Source of the DNA: Balanoglossus misakiensis | Lineage: Eukaryota > Animalia > Hemichordata | Direction: 5' to 3' | NCBI GenBank assembly: GCA_040954595.2 | Contig: CM082588.2 | Location: 310,001 to 374,000 of the forward strand | DNA: 64,000 nucleotides | Shown here: one piece after another, positions 12,801-24,283 of the stretch | Position numbering within the stretch: position 1 is the stretch's first letter | How the letters are laid out: every line of letters starts with the position of its first letter | Notes under the pieces: model-generated | Seen by the model: only the letters and a program-made list of their open reading frames with translations | Told to the model about the DNA's origin: nothing | Database searches by the model: none | Made by a program: the position numbers and the translations under genes

Positions 12801-14499
12801 GTGCAAACACTCACAAAGTTGAATTTATTGCGCATTAATTATGTGTTATAACTTAATAAGGACTTGGCATCATTTTGTATTATACCTCCAATTAATATAG
12901 ACTGCACTAGCGGTGTGTGATCATGCAGCACCAAACTGCACATTAAACTTATTTTAGTGTAAGACGAGTTATCGAACGATACTCATTTAAACTTTGTATG
13001 TGTGTACCAGACGAGGAAGGGAAAGAAGCGATAAGACAAGCCATTGAACACTGGGAAGAGAAAACATGCATTCGATTCCACAAAAAGCTGAAAGGCGACA
13101 GAGACTACATCCATTTCATCCCAGATTTTGGGTAAGTCAAAACGTGATTCATCAAATGCAGAGAAATATATCATCTGTGTGCGTCTTTCTCTGCTGGTTT
13201 TTCCTGCGTAAGTTTTGTGCAGACCTTTCTTTGTGAGACAATTCATGTAACAGGTGGCAAAAGCTTAATCCGGAAGGCCCACTCTCAGTACACCTGTTTA
13301 ACAAATGAACCGACCAATCAAAAGCAACCTTACGAGACTGTTTCACACACCCGTACTTGGGCGAAACACAAATCATGTAGACATGCGCTGAAATTATGGA
13401 GATATTTTGTCGTCAAAAACTCACTTTTCAACCCATCCATGCAAATCAGGTGCTGGTCCTACGTTGGAAGACAGGGCGGCAAACAGAAGTTGTCTGTAGG
13501 CTATGGATGTGAATATATGGGAACAGTGGCTCATGAAATTGGACATTCCTTGGGATTCTGGCACGAACAGGTATGGCACTGAGGTGTTGCCCAGTACTGA
13601 TGGAGCGAGCGAGTGGTGGGGGTGATAAACAATTGTATGGGGCTTAGTGTCGGTGAATTATGGCTCACTTAATTGATAATATTTTTGTCTACAAAAATTT
13701 ATATATACAATACAATTACAGAGTCGCAGAGATCGGAACAAGTTTGTGGTAATCCATGAAGAGAACATGATCAACGGAGCAGCAGAAAACTTTGGGCGTC
13801 TGTCCAAGGATGAAACCAAGTCTCGCAATTTCGCTTATGACTACAACAGCATCATGCACTACGGCCCGACGTTCTTCTCCAGGAATGGTCGCCCCACCAT
13901 CGAGGTCAAGAAACACGGCCTCAAAGCTAACGTGGAGATGGGCCAGCGCAACGGGCTGAGTGAACTCGACGTTGCACAAGCTCGGGAACTATACCAATGT
14001 AACCCCAAGGCGGCAGACCCCTGTAAGTATGGGTGATTTCTGTACAGTGTTTGCATTTTGGCTTATACTGTTGAATTCCAGTAGAAGTCGTAGCATTAAT
14101 GGGCCAATATTAGTTTGAAAGTAAAATCATAAAATAATGTGGCAAGTGGCAGCCTCTGGGAACCACATTATATCTTTGAGAATACCAAGCAACTGATGAA
14201 AAGTAAAGCTGTTTATTTTGTCTTCAATGGTAGTGCCATGTGTGGAGAGTGAGAGCAACGATGGTCGGGAATATCGGGGAACATTGGATTACACCACGGA
14301 AGGGATTACCTGTCAGAAATGGACTTCCCAATGGCCGCATGAACACAGCTATTTCAAAAACAACACAGTGAAGGACACCAAGCGAGGAGTTGGTGACCAC
14401 AACTACTGCAGAAACCCCGGTGGACGATGGGCTAAGCCGTGGTGCATGACAACTCGGAAGGATGTCAAATGGCAATACTGTGATATTGAAGTTTGCTGA
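9818..14499 (+). CDS. Secreted astacin (M12A) zinc metalloprotease with C-terminal kringle domain, ~400 aa, 7 exons
   Basis: Exons 9818-9935, 11597-11668, 12525-12728, 13011-13131, 13450-13570, 13722-14022 and 14234-14499 join in frame through GT-AG introns (1203 nt). Motifs: hydrophobic signal [20 protein letters not shown]; prodomain FEGDI; furin-type KRARR; TCIRF; zinc motif [18 protein letters not shown]; Met-turn SIMHY; kringle GREYRG...CQKW...NYCRNP...PWC...YCDIEVC. Exons 1-2 are less certain than the rest. Confidence 0.93.
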
Positions 14500-15109
14500 G
14501 CCACACACGTGTTGCTGTGGGAGGGAATTCTTCACATAGGAAGTAGACATTTTCTCAGGGAAATAACCGATAATGATAAACCTTAGATCAATCTGCATCA
14601 TACTTTACACAGGGACACTTGATACGCAATATATACTTCTCTCCATAGTATTTTTTATTTCTATATTTTATCACAAATATTCACATTTTTATGTTACAAT
14701 GTATTATTCACAGTAAGTTGTGTATTTTGGTATATCATATGAATAAAACTAACTTGCAAAAAATATCAATGTAAGTCTTGTATTAGACTGTACCAACTAA
14801 CACTGCTGATCCATTGCATTGCTGTCTTACTAAATGTAGACTTTTGGTCATCATATGCACCTCAAATTTGCCACTTGCAAGACAGTCTGGCATTTCAAGT
14901 TGACATTCATGTAAGTACGCATCAGTGATCAAACCATTCAAACTAGACAAAATGTACTTTCACTTTGTTGGCAGCAAAGTGTTGTTAATGTCATTCTCTG
15001 TCATCAAGCTTCTCAACCAACGTATGTATAAGTGCTTGTCCTTCACTTTGTCCTTGGTCTTTGGCCATCACTTCCTGGTCACTCGGTCCCTTCCATTGTG
15101 TCCTTCTGG

Positions 15110-16039
15110 TCACTTTGCCAATGCAAGGGTACTCTGTAGTTCCTTGAGGGTCAGTCTGCCCCGGGACAGCATCATCTTAATGGTCAACTATAAGAAAGGG
15201 AAAAGTGTGTTGTGTTTTATTTGAAAGGGGAATGAGAAATGTGTGTGTTATAGACAGGCTTTACTTTTATTTCTATGACCACAATGTCCCGGGTGTTGTC
15301 AAGAAGATGAACACACTTTTCCTTACCTCATCTTGTTCATTCTTATTTTTCTTAAATTCACCCCTTGCCCAATCTCGGAGTTCCTTCTTGTGGTCTTCAT
15401 TCGGCACTTCTCTCAGGGCGCGAAGAATGTCACGGTAGAGGTTCAACGATTGCTGTCTCAGCATGAACTAAATGAATGTAGGGAGACAAAGTCAAAGACA
15501 CAAGGGTTATAATTTCACACTTCTGTCCCCGAGGCGTGAACTACCTAAAATCACTAACAAAATAAACCACAACACAAACAAACACTGAGAATTGGTATAA
15601 ACATGGTAAAGCTGTATTGATCAAGGCACTGTAAAAACAAAAGTATACGTCTTGAGGGCGTATATACAAGATCTTTTCTCAGTGACATTTCTTCAACTTT
15701 TACTCGACAAACGTTGCAAATCTTGGTGATGCAACCTGAAAATAGATTCAGGGGTTTCGCATGGCAGTGCTTTTCGTATATGTATGGAGTCACTTCCACC
15801 ACCAGGCCAGCGTAGCGCCAGCACAACCGAGTCCAACGCGACTGTGAACTTTGCCGCAGCCACGGTGAACTGGCATGATCATGAAAACCATTTGAATTTG
15901 TGCCATTACAACCAAACTGTCATCATCAACCGACACTGGATATTGAAAAGAAAGTTACGCTGATACAAATTAACAATAATAACAAATTACTTACTTGTTT
16001 TAATGACATCGCTGTTGGAGGTATCCTGGAAGCGGCCAT
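15110..16039 (-). CDS. LYRM2: LYR motif-containing protein 2 (mitochondrial), 87 aa, 3 exons
   Basis: Exons 16039-15995, 15467-15327 and 15187-15110, all phase 0, give MAASRIPPTAMSLKQFMLRQQSLNLYRDILRALREVPNEDHKKELRDWARGEFKKNKNEQDELTIKMMLSRGRLTLKELQSTLALAK*, colinear end to end with vertebrate LYRM2. Confidence 0.93.
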
Positions 16040-16271
16040 GTTGACCTCTTGACCCTTAGCCTGAAATACTCCCTAGCACATAAATAAATACAGGAAATAA
16101 AGTACAGACTGCTGACATTTTTCAGTATTAACATATAAAATCTTAATCGCATATAGATCATCTCGATAAATTGTCTTCCATTATTTATCCATCTGCAAAT
16201 TTGTTTTTCTTGACATGTTCAAAACCACATTTCCATTTATTGAACATCTTAGGTGGTCAGGTAAAAATAAA
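16040..16271. promoter_or_regulatory. Probable bidirectional promoter between LYRM2 and the F-box/actin-like gene
   Basis: The two divergent ATGs are only 232 bp apart. Confidence 0.65.
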
Positions 16272-19109
16272 ATGTCCGGAAACAGAAGGAATAACTTGAT
16301 GAATCTCCCTGTGGAAATTTTAGAGTATATCTTCGAGTTTTGCGATATAAGAACTCTCACACGTATTGCTAGTACTTGTAGGAAGCTAAAATTACACATT
16401 GATTCAGGAGTTATTTGGTGAGTAATCGTATTCGATGTCTCGCAATCGCATACAAACAATCTTTGGACATCCACGTTGTGCTTTGTGGGTAACTAACACG
16501 TGAAAGTGAACACAGCAACATATGGGAAGAGATAGCAATGCATCTAAACACTCCAAGCTAACAAGGAAGCATTCTAATGCAATTGTTTTACTGAAGATAT
16601 GAAGTCCTTTGTCAGTGGTTAAACACTTTTTCATGGTCTTTTTTTCATTTAAAGGAAAGTGAAATGGCAGCAAATAACTGCAAAGTTCGATCTTCAGTTG
16701 GATATCAGTCATCTTCCAACTAGTGGAAGATATAAAGGCCTTTGCAGACGAGCAATTCTCTCCTGCAGTCCTCCGAATGTGGGTAAAAACACTTTCAACT
16801 GTGACTGTGTTGTAAAAGAAGTCAACAGCATTATAGCCTGTGATGTCGGATCAGCAACATCATGGATCTGCTGGGTTGGCAAGTTTGACAAGAGAGGCTG
16901 CCCAAGCTTGGTTGCACACTTTGGACGCTCATCAAAAGATAAACACAAAGAACCTGATGTAAACATGGTCCAACTAAACAAGTACCTGATAAGTGTCGGC
17001 CATCCAAGAGTGTCTCACAAATATGTTGTGGGAAAAGATGCCAAGATTCTGTCTGCAATGTATCCAGATTTGTACAAATCTGACTTATACCCTTTGGTCT
17101 GCACCCAGAATCTCAGGGAAGCTAAATCAAACAGTCTACCTGATGTGCTTCAGTTTCCAGTGACTGAGCCAAGTGATGCTTCTGCGATTCCCGACCCTGA
17201 AAGTCAGGAAAGCAGCAACTTCAGAAGGAAAAGTGAAGCTGCAGTTCAGAATTCCAAACAAGACTACGTAATTGCCTCACCTGAAAGTCAACAAGGTGCT
17301 ATCCAGGAAAATTTACCTCAGATTCAAAATACTATTGAGATAAAATCTCAAATTCAAGGCCTTATACACAATTCACCATCTCAGACTCAAGATTCTATTC
17401 AGAATACACCACCTCTAAGTACACATATCCAGAAAACACCACCAGTACCTCAGGCCCAAGCAACTGTTCAGAATACACAGTATCAGACTCCAGAAACTAT
17501 TCGGAATACACAACCCCAAGCTTCAGGTGCTATTGAGAATACACTACCTCAGACCCTCCAGAGCACTGTACGGGACGCAAACGGAAATCATGACAGTTCA
17601 GCCAACAGTGAAACCGTCCACATAGATTTTTCATACGGAGGGAAGCAGCAGCCATTTGAACTTCACCACGTGGTTGCCAATGGTGACATCCAGTATGTGG
17701 ATGACTTTGAATTAATCCTGCGTCATCTCTTCAGACAACTGACCTTTGGAACTCATCATTATTATCATTTGCATAACACTCCCATGGTGATTCTGGAGCC
17801 ACCAAACTTATCCAAAGAATCAAGGGATCAGCTGATACACATGGTGTTTCAGAAGTTGAAAATTCCAAGGTATTTACTGTTCATTATTTCCAATAAAGCA
17901 GACCACACTTTACCCAAACAGTGATATCCATTTTTTGTGAGTGGATCACATTTGTTCAAGTTGTGAAAGTCCAGTCATGTGATGACAAAAAATGTGTATT
18001 TTCAGGCAATGGAAAGTGTTTCATCAGGTTTTGATTTTTTTTACTTGTATAGGTTTTGTCTGTACAACAAGGCCTTATCACTGGCTCCTTGCCTTGGCCT
18101 CAACACCTATCTGGTTGTGGACAGTGGGGCCCACTCCACTGTGGTGACTCCAATTGTTGAGATGGATTTGCAAAGACAAGCTGTGCAATTCAAGCCCATT
18201 GGAGGTTACCACATCTCGTATCTCCTGGCTGACTATGTCACTGATAAAGGACTCATTGACAAGGTGAGGTGGTCAACCTATGTGGACTGCAGAAACTTTG
18301 TATTACTGAGAAGATATCTTTTTTACTTGAATTCTGAAGAATAAAATGATATCATTCTCTGTACATTCATTCAGGTTTTGATTGACAGTGTTGATTGTAA
18401 AGCTGTTAAAGAAGAGTGCTTCCTGGCATACAGTCCAACTGTGGAACGGAAGAAACACCACTCACCAAGGACAGTGTGTGTACAAAAACCAGGGTAAGGA
18501 CCACTTAATATAAATTGTACATGTTTCATACACCTGTAGAAATTCTGACACTATGTGAATTGTATGTGCCAACTTTGTCTCTGGCCATTTAGCCTAGTCA
18601 ATACTTGGGACATTTCAACATGTAGGTGACAGAACCACTTTAAAACTTGATTTCTAAACCACAGTGGGTTGAAGGCTCTGAAAGAGACACACAAAGTGGA
18701 TCTGGGAACTGAGCGCTTTCTTGCCGCTGAAGACATGTACTTGCATCTGGACTTGCCTGGGATGATTCGAGACGCAGTCAATGCGTGTCATGCAGCGACT
18801 CATACCACGCTTCTGTCGAGACTCATCTTGACTGGTGGGAACACCCAGCTCACCGGTTTTGCCAGCCGATTGGCCAAGGATTTGAAAGAACTGATGCCAA
18901 GGTACGCCAGCACGATAAATGTCGTCCATCCAAGCACCAACACTCTGTCCAGGGCTCTGAATGCCTGGACATTGCACTACAAAGCAGCTCCCCTGTCAAA
19001 CTGTCAGTGGATCAGCAAGGAAGATTACATTTTGCATGGGGTGGATGCTATGGCAGTGAAGGCCAATAATTCAGAGAAGATTGCAGACCCCTGCCAACAT
19101 CAAGCGTGA
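16272..19109 (+). CDS. F-box domain + divergent actin-fold (actin-related) protein, ~711 aa, 5 exons
   Basis: Exons 16272-16417, 16655-17869, 18053-18263, 18375-18493 and 18665-19109 join in frame (2136 nt). F-box LMNLPVEILEYIFEFCDIRTLTRIASTCRKL...W. Actin motifs in order: IACDVGS, PSLVA, YVVGKDA, NGDIQYVDDFELILRHLF, PMVILEP, LVVDSG, IGG, KAVKEEC, LGTERF, LILTGGNTQLTGFASRL, WISKEDY. Confidence 0.88.
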
Positions 19110-19783
19110 ACTGAGATACATCATTACCAAATTAACAGTGTTACTAAAAGCAAGTACTATGCTTGATCACGTGGCTTGCTACAACCAAGAGGAAATTGAG
19201 ATAAAACTATCTACAATTGGCAAGGGTTAGAGTTAGGGTTAGGGTTATTATCAGATTAAATGACATTATGCACTTCTATGGCATCCCAGGTCAGCTGATT
19301 TCATTTAATTTCCACTACCTTTTCTAAAGTGTCCATGGTAGTCACTGTTGGACAATAGTTTTAAATAAAGGCTATTTTATCGATAGCATCTGTGTTTGTG
19401 TGCTTTCATTCTTTCCAACAAAAATAAATGCAGAATTCAAGTCATTTTATTGGTGACATTTTATCTCAAACAAACTAGCTTTCTTGTATAAAATATACAG
19501 AACATGAATAACTTCCACGACAAAACAAAAGATTGGCAACATTATTACTGGAGAACCTTGGCCCGAGAAAACGAACGAAATTGTGGCATTTCGTTGGATG
19601 TTGAGAACATCTCATAATACGTCACACAATAATACTCTCAAAAATGAAATTGGACAGTTTGGCAAATGCAAGTAAATATGATTCTGTAGTACCAACGTAC
19701 ACCCGAAAATCCATTTTCTGGATTGGGTGATGTCAAAAAATGAAAAAAAGTCGTATGAACACATGTTGTAGCTGTATTGCGTT

Positions 19784-22700
19784 TTAAGTAACGGACGGTT
19801 TTGCCTTTACGTTCTTGGAACTTTTCTTGGAACATTTCGATTTGTTAGTCGGTCGACTCGTTTTGAGCATCAGAAGCTCGTTCAACGGTGCGGGGCGATA
19901 TATAAGATGCGAGCCATTCTTTCCGGCAGTAACCCCCATAGGCACGCTGATGGCTGCCATTGGCAACGGCGTGCGCGTCGTCATACCAAGGGAACTTTTC
20001 CTTCCATCGACTTGCTCAGACTTTCGATGTTTTCGGTATTTTCGTAGACTATGCTGAGTCGTGGGGCGTGGTGTTTCGGCGAGTGGTTTTAACTCCGGCA
20101 GATTCTTTGGTCTTTGTAACGGTTTTCGAGCAGGACCAATGTTTTCTTTAACTGCATAAGAGAAAAAATATAAGAAATACATATTAATTTCACTGATATG
20201 CGTCCGTCCTATGCTGAAAATTTGTTCTAGAACATTTACCGCGGGTGATGAATCCTAAGTGGTAGCCACCCTGATACCGTAGATGTTGCTCCTTCTCAAG
20301 TGCTAACTGGGCACGTACCTAACCCCAGACATCGCTTAACAGCATGACAAAGATTCCGTATCTGCAAATCATCAAGAGCCGCGATCAGCGTTTCCACTGC
20401 CGCGCTCTCTCCTTCCCTCTGCAACCACTGTTGAAACATTTGATGGATCTGTTCTCTCAGGTCTCCGGGAAAGTTATGTTCCAACGCGTTGATATCAACG
20501 TCCTTCAGCCCCAACTTCCTGGCCAATCTCCGCCAGTCTCTTTGCAGAAGTCTCGATGATAAAATATCGATGGCAATGTCAATACCTGCGGACAGAATCA
20601 AAATCGGATCATTATGCGCTTGTCTTTTTCTTGTCTTCCACCCTCGCCATAAGACATCATATTAGATTTGGTCCGTTTGCAAGAAGGAAAAGAATTGTGC
20701 CACTATTTGCTATATTCACGCTTGTATGGTAATGTGGAATGGAAACTCCGCCATACCTTCAGTGGTCATGTCGAAAGTGAACTTCTGTGCTTCATTAGGA
20801 CTCTGAGAAGCCGTATCTAACTTGGGTGAATTCGGTGACTCGGGCTGTAGGAGTAAGTATTGAGAAATATTCTCTGGGGTTAGTCACTTTCTTTCAAAAT
20901 TGGCAGTCAAACATCAAATGGATAATCACCACCACCACCACCATCACCACAGACAGTCAGACAACCGCCCTTGGCAGTTCATTCTTACGTACCCTGGGAA
21001 TTCCGAACCACAATCTGTCATACATCATGTCATCTTCATTGATATTCTTTGTATGCTCAATGTTCATCCTGAATTTCAAGAAATTGACGAAACCAGTGCA
21101 GTCCTCTCCAGGTATGCCGACGTCGTTGAAAGCGTCGTTGTCAAGGGTGGCGTGCAACATCACGTGGTTGTCCCTCCTTGAGTAGAAGGTCAGTTGACTT
21201 TTCTTCGACTCTGGAGAGTGGATATTTTCACCACCAACTTCAAGAACCACTTTCTCCCCTTCTTGGAGGTCTATATCACGAGTATAGGGAAGATTCCCCC
21301 TAGCCTCGTACCCTGTATTGAGCAACTTATCCAAAAGCCCCTGTAACTTCTCTTTCACAACGCAATCAACGTACAGGCTTTTGGGGTTCTTCACATTTTG
21401 CAGGAGAACGAGGTTGACTATCTTCCATCCTTTCCTCGCCATCCTGGTCGCCATTTGAGCGATGGCTTCGATGTTGACGCCGCGTTCGGCAAAGACAGTC
21501 ACGTAGCGGCAACAGGGCCTGGAGTCAAACACAACAGAGAAACAAGAGAGATGGTTTGGGGAAAAGTCCTTTTCGGTACATGAATGAAACAAGAAGCAAT
21601 GATAGACTTTTATTTTTCAAAACGACAAAAAAGATTTGTCTGCATGCTCTTTGAGCAAAATTTTACTAACCAATGAAGATTCCTTTCCGTGAACGACATG
21701 CACCTGTCTGTCGTCATGTGATGTATTACGTCATCCGTGACGTCATGCCAGTTGTCATCGTTGCAGTCTCTCAGAACTTTCAAGATGCCTCGTTTTCGCA
21801 GTTGTTCCACTGATACGTGGTTCACCTCTGACATCACTGGCAGCGGTAAGGTCAGCGAGATCGGCTTTTTGAATTCCTCCGCGTCCTGCTGTATCTTCAG
21901 AATGGTTCCCATGGCAATAAAGTCGTCGTCGTACTCGCCTACCAATTCACACGCCCGCAGAAGAGTGTCATGTTCGACATTTTGCAACTAAAACAATAAG
22001 ACAAACTTTTCAGACAAATGTAATGAAAATATGGCCTCTAATTGGTTAGTCGGTCACTCACTCACTCCCTCACTCACTTTCTTTCTCGCTCGCCTTCTAA
22101 CTCAATCAATCAACCTGAGCTACATCATTTTGGCCTTACCTCCATCAACATGCGAATGACATTTTTGTTTTCCTTGGGAGTTTCAACATCCACCGATATG
22201 TCATTTTGGACACAAGACACACTGAGGGAATTGATATCTGTCAATACCACTGAATGTTGCTTTGGTTTGGATACGGCAACAAGTCCAGAAAAATGATCAA
22301 CTTCCGCTTTAATTCTACTTCCTTCCTGTAAAAATGCAAACCATGATAATGTCAAAACTGTAGGGTTATAATGATGATCAGTTAGAAGAGCAATAACAAA
22401 ACAAATTGACGTGAAGAAAAATAATTGGCACAATACCACAAAGTTGTCTTACTTTCCATGTCTTAACATCGCTCCATGTTCCATCGCTATTCGTTGTCCT
22501 GACAACAATCTCACGCGTCTTGTCTTCCAGTTCATGATCAGCACATTTGAAGTTAAAGATTAACGGCTCTTTGAAGTTCAGCCCATCTGGACCCAGATCC
22601 AAGAAATCGGTCACAATAAACTCGTGATCTCCGAGCTCTAAGGGGCATGACGGATATTCTACGAACTCAGCGGTTATGTCGACTTCTTCCTTCACGGCAT

Positions 22701-24283
22701 CTGAAGACACCTCCAATTCGATATCAGTTGAGACGTGTATCACGTGGTTCTCCTAAATGAAATATGACGTTTCCTATTAAAATACTTACTTTTTTTCTGA
22801 AACTTTAAGTACTCATAAGAATGTTCTAGCACAATCTGATTTCAAAGTTCATGGACTGTAAAGGTAAGGGGCTTACCACATCATTTGGATCTATCTTGGC
22901 AGAGACTTTGCCATTGTCTGAAACCATGTGGTGTCTGGTCTTTCGTCCTCCAAGGCCTTCATGTTCGGATTTGCTCTCTGTGCGGCGAACGGGGTCGTTT
23001 CCGCGTCCGACATAACAACCAGCTGCAGAGAGACAGAAATTATCTCTTTGTATACATAACAGACAAATTAAAACTAATAGATCTGAGATGAGTCAGACCC
23101 TATTAAGAGTCCAGGGTCTATCAAGTTGTAAAATTGTGACAAAGGTCCTTCATCGCTTAATGTTGATAGCTTCGACTACTGAAACATGGCCAAAATACTT
23201 TATCTTCTGGCTGTGTGTTTAAAGTTACGAGGCTTCAGATGTGACAATTGTTAGGTCGATATCCACCGTAATCGATAAAAGCGCTAACACGATCGCTGAC
23301 TCGAGTACTGCTATTGTTATCCGCACTACTGTCTGTTCAGTTTTTATTGTTCTTTACACCTGTACTTGCCAGGTCGTGAGTCAGCTCTATAAATAAACAC
23401 TTCAGACTTCAAGACATAAATTATTCAACCTGTTTCTAAATTTGCCATATTTCCTTCTAGTGTGATGAATTGTGCCAAACTTACCTATTTCGGCATTTTC
23501 CATCTCTCCATTTTTACGGTCGTTCTCTGCTGACCCTCGCCTCTCCTGGTATTGACGAATAGCCTCGACCCCCCTCTGACAAACATCCAGAGGTGGGTAT
23601 TCCAACGGGTTGTCTCCCAGGTTGAGCACTGTGACACCTTGGAGTGACTCGCCAAAGTTCTCTGGGAGACTCGCGATATTGTTGCAGGAAGCTTTCAGTG
23701 TTTTCAGGTTTTGCAGGTCGCATACTGCACCAGGAAGTTGGCAGATCTTATTGTAGCTGATATCAAGAGTCCTAAGATTACTTAATCTGCCAATTGTTGC
23801 TGGAATCTCCTGTACTTTATTGTGGCTAAGATCAAATATCTCGAGGTTTTTGAGATCAGATATATCGTGCGGCAAATCCGCAATATTATTATTACAAATG
23901 TGCAATTCCGTTAACTGGGTGAGCCGGTCGAGACAGGATGTTAAAGGGAACTCTTGAAAGTTATTCCAACCGAGTCTCAGCTTGGTCAGATTTTTCAGAT
24001 TGGCCATCGCAGCCGGGAGAACTTTCAAGCCATTTCCAGCGAAGTCCAGCGACTTCAGATCGGCCAGGTCGCAGATAACATCAGGGAACTCTTCAAATTG
24101 GTTGTTGCTGCAGCATATCTCTTCAAGCCCTTGCATGTTTGCGAGTTCTGGGGGCAAACTCTTCAACATATTCACTTGTAGTTGTAGCCTGGTGATTCCA
24201 GACCCTTTGGTCAAGTAAGTTGGAAACGCGTAAAGATTTCTTCTACTCAAGTCCACTTCTGTGCCGCTGTCATTCGCTGCCAT
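19784..24283 (-). CDS. PIDD1-like protein (LRR - ZU5 - ZU5 - UPA-like - death domain - basic tail), ~998 aa, 9 coding exons
   Basis: Exons 24283-23485, 23022-22877, 22752-22453, 22325-22140, 21987-21671, 21518-20993, 20844-20757, 20585-20319 and 20151-19784 join in frame (2997 nt). About 9-10 LxxLxLxxNxL repeats; ZU5 motifs LGPDGLNFKEP...VDHFS and FKKPISLTLPLP...W.DVT; death domain DWRRLARKLGL...EQIHQMFQQW. A possible non-coding first exon ends at 25551. Confidence 0.87.

Noticed and set aside
19223-19247. Telomere-like GGGTTA run
   Set aside because: Only about 4 imperfect units in a 3'UTR; too short to indicate an interstitial telomere.
20900-21181. Poly-histidine ORF on the + strand
   Set aside because: It is antisense to the PIDD-like gene, and the His run comes from an intronic CAC microsatellite.
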